Positions 10,184 through 21,790 of a DNA stretch of 64,000 nt are shown here, in pieces (position 1 is the stretch's first letter; each line of letters starts with the position of its first letter). Under the pieces are notes generated by a model. The model made no database searches, was not told the origin of the DNA, and was given only the letters and a program-made list of their open reading frames with translations. Source of the DNA: an uncultured Candidatus Rokubacteria bacterium. GTDB taxonomy: Bacteria > Methylomirabilota > Methylomirabilia > Rokubacteriales > CSP1-6. The DNA lies in the NCBI GenBank assembly GCA_963789955.1, contig CAWBMV010000001.1:800001-864000 (forward strand), read 5' to 3'. The translations under genes and the position numbers were made by a program.

Positions 10184-11047
10184 ATGAAGGCGCGCAAGGC
10201 GGTCTTCCCCGCCGCAGGGCTCGGCACCCGGTTCCTCCCCGCGACGAAGGCGCAGCCGAAGGAGATGCTCCCGCTCGTCGACAAGCCGATGATCCAGTAC
10301 GTCGTCGAGGAGGCGGTGGCCTCGGGGCTCTCGGAGATCATCATCGTGACCGGCCGCGGTAAGCGGGCGATCGAGGATCACTTCGATTCAGCCTTCGAGC
10401 TCGAGTACTACCTGAACGACCGCGGCAAGACCGACGAGCTCACCCAGATCAAGACTATCTCGGAGCTCGCGTCGGTCTCGTACGTGCGCCAGCGCGAGCC
10501 GCTCGGGCTCGGCCACGCGATCCTCTGCGCGCGCTCGCTCGTCGGTGACGAGCCCTTCGCCGTGTTCCTGGGCGACGATATCATCGCGGCGCAGGTGCCG
10601 TGCATGCGCCAGCTGCTCGACGTGAGCGCTCGCCAGCAGGCGCCGGTGATCGCGGTCCAGCGCGTGCCGCAGCATCAGATCCATCAGTACGGGGTGATCA
10701 AGGCCCGGCAGGTCGAGAGCCGCGTGTACGAGATCCTCGACCTCGTCGAGAAGCCCAAGGCGAAGGACGCGCCGTCGGATCTGGCCATCATCGGCCGCTA
10801 CGTCCTGCCTCCCGAGATCTTCGAGATCCTCGCCGGCACCAAGCCCGACGCCCGCGGCGAGATCCAGCTGACCGACGCGCTCCGCACCTTGCGCGCGCGC
10901 CGGCCGATGTACGCGGTCGAGTTCGAGGGGCGCCGCTACGACACGGGCGACAAGCTCGGCTTCCTCAAAGCCACCGTCGAATTCGCCCTCGCCCGCCCCG
11001 ACCTCGCCGCCGACTTCCGCACCTACCTAAAATCCCTCAACCTCTAA
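10184..11047 (+). CDS. galU: UTP-glucose-1-phosphate uridylyltransferase
   Basis: KAVFPAAGLGTRFLPATKAQPKEMLP, LGLGHA and GEIQLTDA. Confidence 0.97.
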   Translation: MKARKAVFPAAGLGTRFLPATKAQPKEMLPLVDKPMIQYVVEEAVASGLSEIIIVTGRGKRAIEDHFDSAFELEYYLNDRGKTDELTQIKTISELASVSYVRQREPLGLGHAILCARSLVGDEPFAVFLGDDIIAAQVPCMRQLLDVSARQQAPVIAVQRVPQHQIHQYGVIKARQVESRVYEILDLVEKPKAKDAPSDLAIIGRYVLPPEIFEILAGTKPDARGEIQLTDALRTLRARRPMYAVEFEGRRYDTGDKLGFLKATVEFALARPDLAADFRTYLKSLNL

Positions 11048-11154
11048 CCCCGCCGGGTGCGGGCCGTCCACCGTTCGAAGCCTCCGATCTCTGCTCATGT
11101 TCGAGGCTTTGCTTCTGCTCTAGGCTCTGACTACCTATGTAAAGACCGCGAACG

Positions 11155-11323
11155 CTCCGGAGGTAGGGGGCGGGGGTGGTGGGAGGGGTCTTGGGACCCG
11201 TTCCCTCCAAGGGCCCATGCGCAAGTCGAGCGCCCAGATGGAGCCCAGCCGCCGCGGGCAGCGCGCAAGCGTGCCGCGTGGTCCCAAGACCCCTCCCACC
11301 ACCCCCGCCCCCTACCTCCGGAG
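11155..11323. repeat. Palindromic element A: perfect 44-bp inverted repeat around an 81-nt loop
   Basis: 11155-11198 is the exact reverse complement of 11280-11323. The loop is homologous to the loop of element B. Confidence 0.95.
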
Positions 11324-11376
11324 TAGCAAGTTTGACTTGACCTCAAGGTTCTGACACACTTTTCGCCACCTTAGTA

Positions 11377-11392
11377 GTGACCCGAGGGTCAC
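11377..11392. promoter_or_regulatory. Candidate operator palindrome GTGACCC-GA-GGGTCAC upstream of pncB
   Basis: Perfect 7-2-7 palindrome ending 7 nt before ATG 11400. A second short palindrome, CTTGA-CC-TCAAG, lies at 11336-11347. Confidence 0.35.
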
Positions 11393-11399
11393 AGACACT

Positions 11400-12606
11400 A
11401 TGCCGAACGCCCCGAAGCGCCCGTTTCACACCGCTGCCGACGCCGACATCAAGAGCGGCGAAGTCTCCGACGTCTACTTCACGCGCACCGTCCAGATCCT
11501 GACCCATCGGAATGACCGGAAGCGCGTCAAGGCCGAGGTCTACGTGAAGTCCCTTCCCGAGGATTGGCAGTGGGGCATCCTCGCGGGAATCGAGGAGGTT
11601 GCCGCGCTCCTCGAGGGCCAGCCGGTCGACGTCTCCGCGATGGACGAGGGCCTCGTGTTCGAGCCCTACCAGCCCGTCCTCCGCATCGAAGGCACCTACG
11701 TCGAATGGGCGAAGTACGAGACGGCGCTGCTCGGACTGCTGTGCCAGGCCTCGGGCATCGCCACGAAGGCGGCGCGCTGCAAGAAGGCGGCGGGCGAGCG
11801 TCAGGTCATCTCGTTCGGCGCGCGCCGCATGCATCCCACTCTGGCGCCGATGATCGAGCGCAACGCCTTCATCGGCGGGTGCGACGGCGTCGCGGTGACG
11901 AAGTCCGCCGAGCTGATCGACGCCGACCCCATGGGGACGATCCCGCACTCGCTCGTCCTGATGATCGGCGACACGGTGGAGGCGCTTCGGGCCTTCGACA
12001 CGGTCGTCGACCCGAAGGTGCGGCGGGTCGCGCTGATCGACACGCTTGCAGGACGAGAAGTTCGAGGCGATCCGGGTCGCCGAGGCCCTCGGCAAGGACC
12101 TCTACGCGGTCCGCCTGGACACGCCGTCGTCGCGCCGAGGCGACTTCTATCGCATCCTCGAAGAGGTGCGCTGGGAGCTCGACCTGCGCGGCTACAACCA
12201 CGTGAAGATCCTCGCCTCCGGCGGTGTCGACGAGTACGAGATCATGGGCCTCAACCCCGTCGCCGACGGCTACGGTGTCGGGACGTCGATCGCCAACGCG
12301 CCGGTGCTCAACTTCGCCCTCGACATCATGGAGATCGAGGGGAAGCCCATGGCCAAGCGCGGCAAGTGGTCCGGCGCCAAGGAAGTCTACCGACGCCAGG
12401 GCACGCGCGAGACCGTCGTCGTCCCGGCGGGGCAGCGTCCGCCCGACGGCGGCGCCTGGGAGTCCGTGCTCAAGCCGCTCGTCCGCGGCGGACGCATCGT
12501 CCGCGATCTGCCGCCCCCGCGCACGATCCGCGACTTCGTCCTCGAGCAGCTCAGGTCGATCCCGCTCGACACGCTGCGACGGCAGGGGCTCCGGCGCGAT
12601 TTCTAG
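11400..12606 (+). CDS. pncB: Nicotinate phosphoribosyltransferase; frameshift at ~12046
   Basis: SDVYF, YETALLG, SFGARRMHP, GTIPHS and ALIDT; then VRLDTPSSRRG, ASGGVDE and YGVGT in the shifted frame. Confidence 0.9.
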
Positions 12607-12615
12607 CGCCGAGCT

Positions 12616-13410
12616 ATGTCGGTCCTCGACGAGATCGTCGCCAACACGCGCGCTGAGGTGGCCCGGCGGAAATCCGCGGTGCCGCGCGCGACGCTCGAGC
12701 GCCACTGCGATGCGGCACCCGCCACGCGCGACTTCGAAGGCGCGCTCCGTCCGTCACCGGGCACGGTGCGACTGATCGCCGAGGTGAAGAAGGCCTCGCC
12801 GTCGCGGGGCGTGCTCTCCAGCGGCCTGGATCCGGTGGCCCTCGCCACGACGTACGCGACGCACGGCGCGCACGCGATCTCGGTCCTCACCGATGAGAAA
12901 TACTTCCGGGGAAGCCTCGACGACCTGCGCCGCGTGCGCGCGGCGGTCGACGTCCCGCTCCTGCGCAAGGACTTCACGATCGACGACTACCAGCTCTGGG
13001 AGTCGCGCGCGGCCGGCGCCGATGCGGTGCTCCTGATCGTCTCGATTCTCGAGCCGGCGCGACTCGCCGAGCTGCTCGCCGCGGCGAAAGGCCTCGGGCT
13101 CGCGGCGCTGGTCGAATGCCACACCGCCGCCGAGCTCGACCAGGCGCTCGCGGTCGGGAGCCGCATCGTCGGGATCAACAACCGCGATCTCGCCACCTTC
13201 GAGACCCACATCACGACGACGCTCGAGCTCCTCCCGCTGATCCCGCCCGGTCCGATCGTGGTCAGCGAGAGCGGCTTCTTCACCGCCGCCGACGTCCGCC
13301 GCGTGGTCTCCGCCGGCGCCCACGCAGTCCTCGTCGGCGAAGGCCTCGTCCGCGCCCCAGACATCCCCGCGAAGCTCCGGGAGCTGACGCTGGTGGACGA
13401 TGCGAGCTGA
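12616..13410 (+). CDS. trpC: Indole-3-glycerol-phosphate synthase
   Basis: IAEVKKASPSRG, LRKDF, GINNRDL and SESG. Confidence 0.97.
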   Translation: MSVLDEIVANTRAEVARRKSAVPRATLERHCDAAPATRDFEGALRPSPGTVRLIAEVKKASPSRGVLSSGLDPVALATTYATHGAHAISVLTDEKYFRGSLDDLRRVRAAVDVPLLRKDFTIDDYQLWESRAAGADAVLLIVSILEPARLAELLAAAKGLGLAALVECHTAAELDQALAVGSRIVGINNRDLATFETHITTTLELLPLIPPGPIVVSESGFFTAADVRRVVSAGAHAVLVGEGLVRAPDIPAKLRELTLVDDAS

Positions 13411-13537
13411 GGCGCAAGCAGTACGCGCTGACCGGGCGCCGCGCCAGCAGGCGCGCACCGCGGCGCAAGCAGTACCCAGTGCGCCGTCGCAACGCGAGCC
13501 GGGGGGGAAATGGGGGGGCGTCCCGCCCCACCCATTC
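13411..13537. repeat. Intergenic REP-like element: 14-bp direct repeat plus G/C hairpin
   Basis: GGCGCAAGCAGTAC at 13411-13424 and 13462-13475; hairpin AATGGGGGGGCG-TCC-CGCCCC(A)CCCATT at 13509-13536. Confidence 0.7.
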
Positions 13538-13541
13538 AACA

Positions 13542-14194
13542 ATGACCGAGTAAAAATCTGCGGCATCACCAACCTCGAGGACGCGAAGACGGCGGTCGAG
13601 GCCGGCGCCGACGCGCTCGGCTTCATCTTCGTCGAGAACACGCCGCGCTTCGTGACACCCGCGCAGGTGGCCCCGATCGTTCGCGCGCTGCCGCCGTTCG
13701 TGACGACGGTCGGCATCTTCTGGGATCACTCGGCCGGTCATATCAAGTCGATCGTGGATGCGTGCGGCCTCGGCGCCTTGCAGTTCCACGGCGACGAGAA
13801 GCCGGAGGACCTCGAAGGCTACTCGGTGCCGGTGATCAAGACGATCAAGCTCCCGGCGCCGTCGGATGATCTCGGCGGCATGCCGCCGTTCACCCCGAGC
13901 GTGAAGTTCTTGCAGTATCGCAACCACGCGGCCGCCCTCCTGCTCGACAGCGCCGCGCGCTGGAGCGAAGGCGAGGCGCGACAGCCGATCGAGTGGTCGA
14001 TCGCGCGCGACCTGGCGAATGCGCGGTGGCGGATCATCCTGTCGGCCGGCCTCACGCCCGAGAACGTCGCCCGCGCGATCGCGACCGCGCACCCGTACGC
14101 GGTGGACGTGAACTCGGGGGTCGAGGCGCAGCCGGGCCGCAAGGATCCGGACAAGGTGTGGCGGTTCGTGGCCGAGGCCAAGGGCGCCCGATGA
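13542..14194 (+). CDS. trpF: Phosphoribosylanthranilate isomerase; probable 1-nt deletion just after the ATG
   Basis: [22 protein letters not shown] and AVDVNSGVE. Adding one C to ATGACCGAG restores MTRVKIC. Confidence 0.92.
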
Positions 14195-15390
14195 AGCGGA
14201 CGCTTCCGGACGCGAGCGGACACTTCGGCCGCTTCGGCGGGCGCTTCGTCCCCGAGACGCTCATGGCGCCGCTGATCGAGCTCGAGCAGGCGTGGGCGTC
14301 GGCGAAGCGCGATCGCAAGTTCCAGCGCCGCCTCGCCGGCCTGCTCCAGGACTATGCCGGGCGGCCGACGCCGCTCTACTTCGCCGAGCGGCTCAGCGAG
14401 CAGTGCGGCGGGGCGCGCATCTACCTCAAGCGCGAGGACCTCTGTCATACCGGCGCTCACAAGATCAACAACGTGCTCGGTCAGGCGCTCCTGGCCGCGC
14501 GGATGAACAAGCGGCGGGTGATCGCCGAGACCGGCGCCGGCCAGCACGGCGTGGCGACCGCGACCGCCGCGGCGCTGCTCGGGCTCGAGTGCGAGGTGTA
14601 CATGGGCGCCGAGGACGTCGAGCGCCAGGCGCTCAACGTGTTCCGCATGCGCCTGCTCGGGGCGCGCGTGATCTCGGTCGAGTCCGGCAGCCGCACCTTG
14701 AAGGACGCGATCAACGAGGCGCTGCGCGACTGGGTCACCAACGTGCGGACGACGTACTACCTGCTCGGCTCGGCGCTCGGCCCGCATCCGTACCCGGTGA
14801 TGGTGCGCGACCTCCACTCGGTGATCGGCCGAGAGGCGCGCCGGCAGGCGCGCGCGCGCTTGAAGAAGCTCCCGGACGTGCTGGTCGCGTGCGTCGGCGG
14901 CGGGTCGAACGCCATCGGGCTCTTTCATCCGTTCATCGACGACCGCAAGGTGCGGATCATCGGTGTCGAGCCGGGCGGGGAAGGGATCTCGACCGGCCGG
15001 CACGGCGCGTCGATGAGCGCCGGCGCCGTCGGCGTGCTCCACGGCTGCATGAGCTATCTGCTCCAGAGCGACGACGGGCAGATCGCGACCGCGCACTCCA
15101 TCTCGGCGGGTCTCGACTATCCCGGGGTCGGACCCGAGCACGCCTACTATCGTGACGCGGGCCGTTTCGAGTTCGTCTCGGTCACCGACGCCGAGGCGCT
15201 CGAGGGATTCGAGTCGCTGACGCGGCTCGAGGGGATCATGCCGGCGCTCGAGTCGGCCCACGCCGTCGCCCACGCGATGAAGCTGGCGAAGACCCTGCCG
15301 CGCACGAAGGCGATCGTGATCGGTCTCTCGGGCCGGGGAGACAAGGACGTTCACGTGGTCGCCAAGGCGCTCGGGAAGCAGATCGGATGA
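14191..15390 (+). CDS. trpB: Tryptophan synthase beta chain
   Basis: [24 protein letters not shown] and [11 protein letters not shown]. Confidence 0.98.
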   Translation: MKRTLPDASGHFGRFGGRFVPETLMAPLIELEQAWASAKRDRKFQRRLAGLLQDYAGRPTPLYFAERLSEQCGGARIYLKREDLCHTGAHKINNVLGQALLAARMNKRRVIAETGAGQHGVATATAAALLGLECEVYMGAEDVERQALNVFRMRLLGARVISVESGSRTLKDAINEALRDWVTNVRTTYYLLGSALGPHPYPVMVRDLHSVIGREARRQARARLKKLPDVLVACVGGGSNAIGLFHPFIDDRKVRIIGVEPGGEGISTGRHGASMSAGAVGVLHGCMSYLLQSDDGQIATAHSISAGLDYPGVGPEHAYYRDAGRFEFVSVTDAEALEGFESLTRLEGIMPALESAHAVAHAMKLAKTLPRTKAIVIGLSGRGDKDVHVVAKALGKQIG

Positions 15391-16217
15391 GCCGCCTCGA
15401 CGAGACCTTCGCCCGGCTCCGCGCCCGCGGCGAGCGCGCGCTCTTGCCCTACTTCACGGCCGGGGACCCGTCGCTCGCCGACACGCGGCGGCTCGTGATC
15501 GAGGCCGCGCGCCGTGGAGCGGACGTCGTCGAGCTCGGGGTGCCGTTCTCGGACCCGCTGGCCGACGGGCCGGTGATCCAGCGCGCCGGTACGCGCGCCC
15601 TCGCCGGCGGCGCGACGGTGGCGCGGGTGCTCGAGACCGTCGCGGGGCTGCGCGCCGAGATCGACGTGCCCATCGTGCTGCTCACGTACTACAACCCCGT
15701 GCTCGCGTTCGGCTTGAAGGCGTTCGCCCGCACGGCCGTCGACGCGGGTGTCGACGGCGCGATCGTCGCGGACATGCCGCCCGAGGAGAGCGATCCGCTC
15801 GGAACCGAGGCGACCGCGGCCGGCCTCGACCTGGTCTACATGGTCGCGCCGACCTCGACCCTGGCGCGCGTGCGCCTGATCGCGCGGAAGAGCCGCGGGT
15901 TCATCTACGTCGTGTCGCTCACCGGCGTGACCGGCGAGCGCCAGCAGCTGCCGGCCGACATGGCGACGCAGATCGCGGCCATCCGCCGCGAGACGGCGAT
16001 GCCGGTGTGCGTCGGCTTCGGGATCAGCACGCCCGCGCAGGTGGCGACGGTGGGGCGCGTCGCCGACGGCGCGGCCGTCGGCTCGGCGATCGTTCGTCTC
16101 GTCGAGTCGCGCGCCGGCTCGCCCACCCTCGTCGAGGACGTGGGCAAGTTCATCGCCGAGCTCAAGGCGCCGCTGCGCGAGCCTCTCCCGACGTCTCCCA
16201 TCCAGGCGAGGAGGTAG
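15387..16217 (+). CDS. trpA: Tryptophan synthase alpha chain
   Basis: [21 protein letters not shown] and GFGIS. Confidence 0.98.
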   Translation: MSRLDETFARLRARGERALLPYFTAGDPSLADTRRLVIEAARRGADVVELGVPFSDPLADGPVIQRAGTRALAGGATVARVLETVAGLRAEIDVPIVLLTYYNPVLAFGLKAFARTAVDAGVDGAIVADMPPEESDPLGTEATAAGLDLVYMVAPTSTLARVRLIARKSRGFIYVVSLTGVTGERQQLPADMATQIAAIRRETAMPVCVGFGISTPAQVATVGRVADGAAVGSAIVRLVESRAGSPTLVEDVGKFIAELKAPLREPLPTSPIQARR

Positions 16218-16223
16218 GTCACG

Positions 16224-17075
16224 GTGGCCTGGTTCAAGCGCAAAGAGGAGTCGAGCGGCAGCAAGGTCATCATCGCCGAAGGCCTGTGGATCAAGTGCGA
16301 CTCGTGCAAGGAGATCATCTACCGGGCCGAGGTGGAGCGCGGCGGGCGCGTGTGCCCGAAGTGCCACTATCCGTTCCGGATCTCCGCCCGCGAGCGGATC
16401 AGCCAGCTGGCCGATGCCGGATCGTTCGAGGAGCGCGAGACCGCGCTGACGACGACCGATCCGCTGAACTTCAAGGACACCAAGAAGTACCGCGAGCGCG
16501 TCCGCGCCGCCGCCCAGAAAACGTCGACCGACGAGGCGGTCGTCTGCGGCATCGCGTCGATCGGCGGTCAGCCGGCCGTGCTCGCCGTGTTCGAGTTCGG
16601 CTTCCTCGGCGGCAGCATGGGCTCGGTCGTCGGCGAGAAGCTCGCCCGCGCGATCGAGCTCGCCATCGACAAGCACCTGCCGGTCCTGATCGTCTCGGCC
16701 TCCGGCGGCGCGCGGATGCAGGAAGGCATCCTCTCGCTGATGCAGATGGCCAAGACGTCGGCCGCGCTCGAGCGGCTGGCCGCGGCGGGGCTGCCGTACA
16801 TCTCGATCCTGACCGATCCGACGACCGGCGGTGTCACCGCGAGCTTCGCGATGCTCGGCGACGTCATCATGGCCGAGCCGCGCGCGCTGATCGGCTTCGC
16901 CGGACCTCGGGTCATCGCCGAGACGATCCGGCAGCCGCTGCCGGAAGGATTTCAGCGCTCGGAGTTCCTGCTGGCGCACGGGCAGCTCGACATGATCGTC
17001 GAGCGCCGCGACCTCAAGGAGACGCTCCGCCGCGTCCTCGCCTTCTTCGCCGCCGAGCCACCCCGATCGGGGTAG
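16224..17075 (+). CDS. accD: Acetyl-CoA carboxylase carboxyltransferase beta subunit
   Basis: C4 zinc finger, GGSMGSVVGEK, GGARMQEG and GFAGPRVI. Confidence 0.97.
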   Translation: MAWFKRKEESSGSKVIIAEGLWIKCDSCKEIIYRAEVERGGRVCPKCHYPFRISARERISQLADAGSFEERETALTTTDPLNFKDTKKYRERVRAAAQKTSTDEAVVCGIASIGGQPAVLAVFEFGFLGGSMGSVVGEKLARAIELAIDKHLPVLIVSASGGARMQEGILSLMQMAKTSAALERLAAAGLPYISILTDPTTGGVTASFAMLGDVIMAEPRALIGFAGPRVIAETIRQPLPEGFQRSEFLLAHGQLDMIVERRDLKETLRRVLAFFAAEPPRSG

Positions 17076-17082
17076 CCTCTTC

Positions 17083-18400
17083 GTGACGTACGCCGAGGCC
17101 GTCGCCCGGCTGCAGGCACTCCGGGGCGGCGAGCACGCGGGCATGCGCCAGGGCCTCGAGCGGATCGAGGGGCTTCTCGACGCGCTGGGCCGCCCCGAGC
17201 AGCGCTACCGGCTGCGTCCAGGTCGGCGGCACCAACGGCAAAGGCTCCGTGTCGGCGATGCTCGCCGCGATCCTGAAATCCGCCGGGCACCGGGTCGGCC
17301 TCTACACCTCGCCGCATCTGGTGTCGTTCCGCGAGCGCATCCGCGTCGACGGCGAGGCGATCCCGGAAGACGGCGTGGTCGACGGCGTCGAGGCGCTCGG
17401 GACTCTCGTCGCGCGTCTCGACGCGTCGACGTTCGAGGCGACGACGGCGCTCGCGCTCGACCACTTCGCGCGCGAGGCCGTCGACGTCGCCGTCCTCGAG
17501 GTCGGCCTCGGCGGTCGTCTCGATGCGACGACGGTGGGAAATCCTGAGGTCGCCGTGCTCGCGCCGATCGACCTCGACCATCAGGCGGTGCTCGGCAACA
17601 CCATCGAGGCGATCGCGACCGAGAAGGCGGCGATCATCCGCAGCGGCATCGCGATCTCCGCCGCGCAGGCGCCGGCGGCCGCGCGCGTGATCGCGGCGCG
17701 CGCCGGCGCAGTCGGCGTTCCGCTCTTGCTCGAGGGCCGCGACCTGTCGGTCTCCGTGGAAGGTCGCGGGCCCGACGGCCAGCGGCTGACGTGCGCCGGG
17801 CCGGGCTGGTCGCTGACCGGGCTCGAGCTCGCCATGCCCGGGAGCTATCAGCCGTCCAACGCGCTGCTCGCGGTCGCTGCCGCGCGCGAGCTCGGCGCCG
17901 GCGAAGCCGCGATTCGCGACGGGCTGGCGCGCGCATGGTGGCCGGGCCGCTTTCAGGTCGTGCGACGCCGGCAGGGCTTTCTGGTACTGGACGGCGCGCA
18001 CAATCCGGCCGGCGCGCACGCGCTCGCCGTCTCGCTGCGCGACGTCTTCGGCCAGGCGCCGATCACATTCGTCCTGGGCATTCTGGCCGACAAGGACGCC
18101 GCGGGCATCGTCGCCGCGCTCGCGCCGCTCGCGGACCGCTTCATCCTCGTCGCGCCTCCGAGCCCGCGCGCCACCACGCCCGACACGCTCAGAGCCCTCG
18201 TGCCGGCCGCGGTCCGGAACGTCGAGATCGCCGGCTCGCCGGTCGAGGCGCTCGAGCGCGCGGGGCGAGCCGCGACGACTCCGGTGATCTGTGTCGCGGG
18301 CTCGCTGTTCTTGATCGGCGACGTGCTGCGCTATCTGGCCGGGAGCGATAAACCTTGCTCGCTGGAAAAGGGGACTGCTAGCATGAGTCTTCCCTTCTGA
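17083..18400 (+). CDS. folC: Folylpolyglutamate/dihydrofolate synthase; frameshift at ~17210
   Basis: VGGTNGKGS in the shifted frame, YTSPHLVSFRERI, EVGLGGRLDAT and LDGAHNP. Confidence 0.93.
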
Positions 18401-18420
18401 CGGGGGCGCTCCCGACTTTC

Positions 18421-20695
18421 ATGACGCGGGCTCGGGCTTCGATCGTCCTTCTCTTGCTCGCGAGCGTCGCGTCGGTGGTCCCCTCCAAGCCCGCCCGCGC
18501 TCAGACGCAGACTCCGACTCCCGCTCAGAGTCAGCCCGCTCCGGCTCAGAGCCAAAGGAAAGTTCAGATATCGGGCAACGAAGTCTCGGTCGTCGCGGAT
18601 CACTTCGAGCAAATCGGCCCCGACAACCTGCTGGTGGCGACCGGCAACGTCGAGGTCACGCGCGGCACGGGACGGCTGCTCGCCGATCGTGTCGAGATCA
18701 ATCGCGAGTCGGGCGACGCCGTGGCGGTCGGGCGGGCGATCTTCTACGACGGCGACGATCGACTCACCGGCCAGCGTATCGAGTACAACATCAAGACCGG
18801 CACGGGCGTCATCTACCAGGGTGAGGTGCACGCGGCGCCCTACTACCGTCTCACGGGCGAGCGCCTGGAGCGCGTGGGCGATAGCGTGTATCAGGTCCGC
18901 CACGGCGTCTTCACGACCTGCGAGGACGAGCCCCCGTCGTGGTCGTTTCACCTGGGTGACGGAACGGCCGACCTCGAGGATTTCGTCTACGGCTGGCACG
19001 TCTCGTTCTGGGTCAAGTCGATCCCGGTCATCCCGTACTTTCCGTTCTTCGCGGGAGCCATCCGAAAGGATCGGCAGTCGGGCTTTCTCCCGCCGCAGTT
19101 CGGGACCTCGACCAAGAAGGGGTTCTTCGCCGAGATCCCGTTCTTCTGGGCGATCTCGGACAGCCAGGACGCCACCGCGCACCTTCGATGCCTACGAGAA
19201 GCGCGGTTTCGGCGGACAGCTCGAGTATCGCTACGTGATGTCGCAGGACCAGCGCGGCAAGCTCAACGGGTTCTTCGTCGACGAGGTTTTCAAGGACGGC
19301 GAGCTTCGAGGATTCGGGAGCATCAAGCACGACTGGCAGATCGCGCCGGGGTTCTCGCTCCGCGGCGACCTCAACGCCGTGTCGGATGACCTCGTGCTCC
19401 GAGACTACGAGACCTCGCTGGAGACGCGCTCAGCCCAGCGCGCGGAGTCGAATCTGTTTCTCACCAAGACGTGGACGAACTGGAACTTCGTGAGCCGCCT
19501 CTACTGGTATCAGGACCTGACGACCGTGCGCCCCATCGAGCTGCAGCGGGTACCGGAGCTCACGCTCACCGGAGTCCGGCAGAACGTGCCAGGGGCGCCG
19601 GGCGCTCTCTATCAGGTGGACACGAGTTTCGTGGAGTTCTTCCGCTGGGTCGGCTCCGATGGGGCCCGTTTCGATCTCCATCCAGTGGTCTCGCGGCCCG
19701 TCCCGATCGCGGGCTACGCGACCGTCACGCCCTTCGTGGGTGGACGCGTCACCGCCTACAGCACGACGGTCACCGACGTTCACGCCCCGGTGGCCGGCGG
19801 CCCCGCGATCGAGGACACCAACGGCGAGCCGCGCGTCCGCGAGCTGTTCGAGTACGGAGCCGACGCCGAGAGCCGCGCCTCGCGCGTCTACGAGGTCGGC
19901 GGCTGGAATGGTCTGGACCGACTCCTGCACACGATCGAGCCGCACGTGCACTACATCCGCATCGTCGGGAATAACTTCTACAGCCTGCCGCTCTGGACGA
20001 ATCAAACGGACCGGATTCCCGAGGCGAACTGGTTCGAGTATTCTTTGACCAACCGGATCCGGGGACGCACGGTCGCTCCCGAGGGCACGGAAGCGGACCG
20101 CCTCGACCTGTTCAAGTTCGTGGTGGCCAGCGCCTATGACATGGAGAACCAGAGCTTCGGCAACGTCGCCGGCGAGCTCACGATCCAGCCGAGCAAGATG
20201 CTGAGGTTTCACAGCGACGCGAGCTACAACGTCCTCGGCGACGGGCTGCAGGCGTATACCACCGACCTGACCCTCGACATCCCGCGACTCGTGGGGAGCG
20301 TCGGCACGCGCTACAGTCGTATGCCCCAGGTGATCGTCCCGTACTTCGTGCAGATCCCGGGCACGTTCAATCCGGGCGACGCGATGCCGTCGAACCAGGC
20401 CACCAACTTTCTCCAGGGGGCGGCCACGGTGGAGCTCTGGCGCAATTTCTTGTTCGGCCGCGTGAAGACGAACTGGGACATCAAGTCGACCAGCGTCGTC
20501 GAGAGTCGCTTCGGCCTGGACATCAGGTTCGACTGCTGGGCGCTGAGCCTCGACTACGTCCGGCGCGCCCCCGATCGACCCGGCCAGAACCCAGACAACG
20601 AGTTCCGCTTCTCGCTCAACCTGCTCGGGCTCGGGAACGTCCTGAGCACCCGGGTCGGAGCGGGGGGGACGGACTCGAACCCGGGGTTCAGATGA
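18421..20695 (+). CDS. lptD: LPS-assembly outer-membrane protein LptD; frameshift at ~19180
   Basis: Signal peptide, OstA-like N-domain (ATGNVEV, ADRVE), FTTC, RQSGFLPP, and beta-barrel C-terminus with HTIEP and DCW. Confidence 0.88.
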
Positions 20696-21790
20696 TTCCG
20701 TTCATCGACCTGACCCGCCAGCACGCGGCGCTCCGAGCGGAGCTGCTCGCCGCCTCCGCGCGTGTGATCGACTCGAGCCAGTTCGTGCTCGGCGCCGAGG
20801 GCAAGGCGCTCGAGCAGGAGCTGGCGGCACTCTGCGGCGTGCCCTGGGCGCTCGGCGTCGGCTCCGGGACGGACGCGCTGCGCCTGACCCTGAGCGCGCT
20901 CGGTGTCGGCCCCGGACACGAGGTCATCACGCCGGCGTTCTCGTTCGTCGCGTCAGCGACCACGATCATGATGACCGGCGCCACGCCGGTCTTCGTCGAT
21001 ATCGATCCGGCGACGTACACGCTCGATCTCGCCGCCACCGAGCGCGCGATCACACCGCGGACGCGCGCGATCATGCCCGTCCATCTCTACGGCCAGTCGG
21101 CGCCGATGGACCGCGTGCTCGAGCTGGCCCGCGCGCATCGGCTGGCCGTGGTCGAGGACGCGGCTCAGGCCGTCGGCGGCGCGTGGGCCGAAAAGCCCGT
21201 CGGAGCCTGGGGCGATGCCGCCTGCCTGTCGTTCTATCCGACCAAGAACCTCGGGGCGTGCGGCGACGGCGGCATGGTGGTGACCGGACGCCAGGACGTG
21301 GCCGAGCGCGTCGCGAAGCTCCGGCACCATGGGGACAGCGGCCGCTACGAGCACGTCGAGCTCGGCTACTGCAGCCGCCTCGACGAGCTGCAGGCGGCGT
21401 TCTTGCGCGTGAAGCTCCGGCGTCTGGCGGAGTGGACGACGGCGCGCCGGCGGATCGCCGGTATGTACCACAAGGGGCTGGCGGGCCTCGATCTCACGCT
21501 GCCGGCCGAGGCGGCGAAGGCGCGTCACGTGTACCATCTCTTCACGGTGCGACACTCGCAGCGAGACGCGCTCGCGAAGCTCCTGGCCGACGACGGGAAT
21601 CTCGACTGCGGTGTATTACCCCCGATCGGTCCCGGATCAGCCGATGTTCGGCGGCGGCGCCGAGCGGCGCTGGCCCGAAGCCTGGCGCGCGTCGCGCGAG
21701 GTCCTGTCGTTGCCCTGCTTCGCGGAGCTCTCCGACGAGGAGGTCGAACGCGTCGTGGCGGGTGTGCGTCGCGCGTGCGAGCGTCTGTGA
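20692..21790 (+). CDS. DegT/DnrJ family aminotransferase; frameshift at ~21600
   Basis: MIPFIDL, PVHLYGQ and SFYPTKNLGACGDGG; the C-terminal VLSLPCF lies in another frame ending at TGA 21788-21790. Confidence 0.9.

Noticed and set aside
13400..13541. trp attenuator or N-terminally extended TrpF
   Set aside because: No tandem Trp leader peptide or U-tract is present. The extension is read-through of a repeat element caused by a probable 1-nt deletion after ATG 13542.
20657..20683. tRNA 3'-end-like sequence on the minus strand (GGTTCGAGTCC...CCGCTCC), possible att site
   Set aside because: It lies within the lptD coding end, the T-stem does not pair, and there is no 5' half or integrase.
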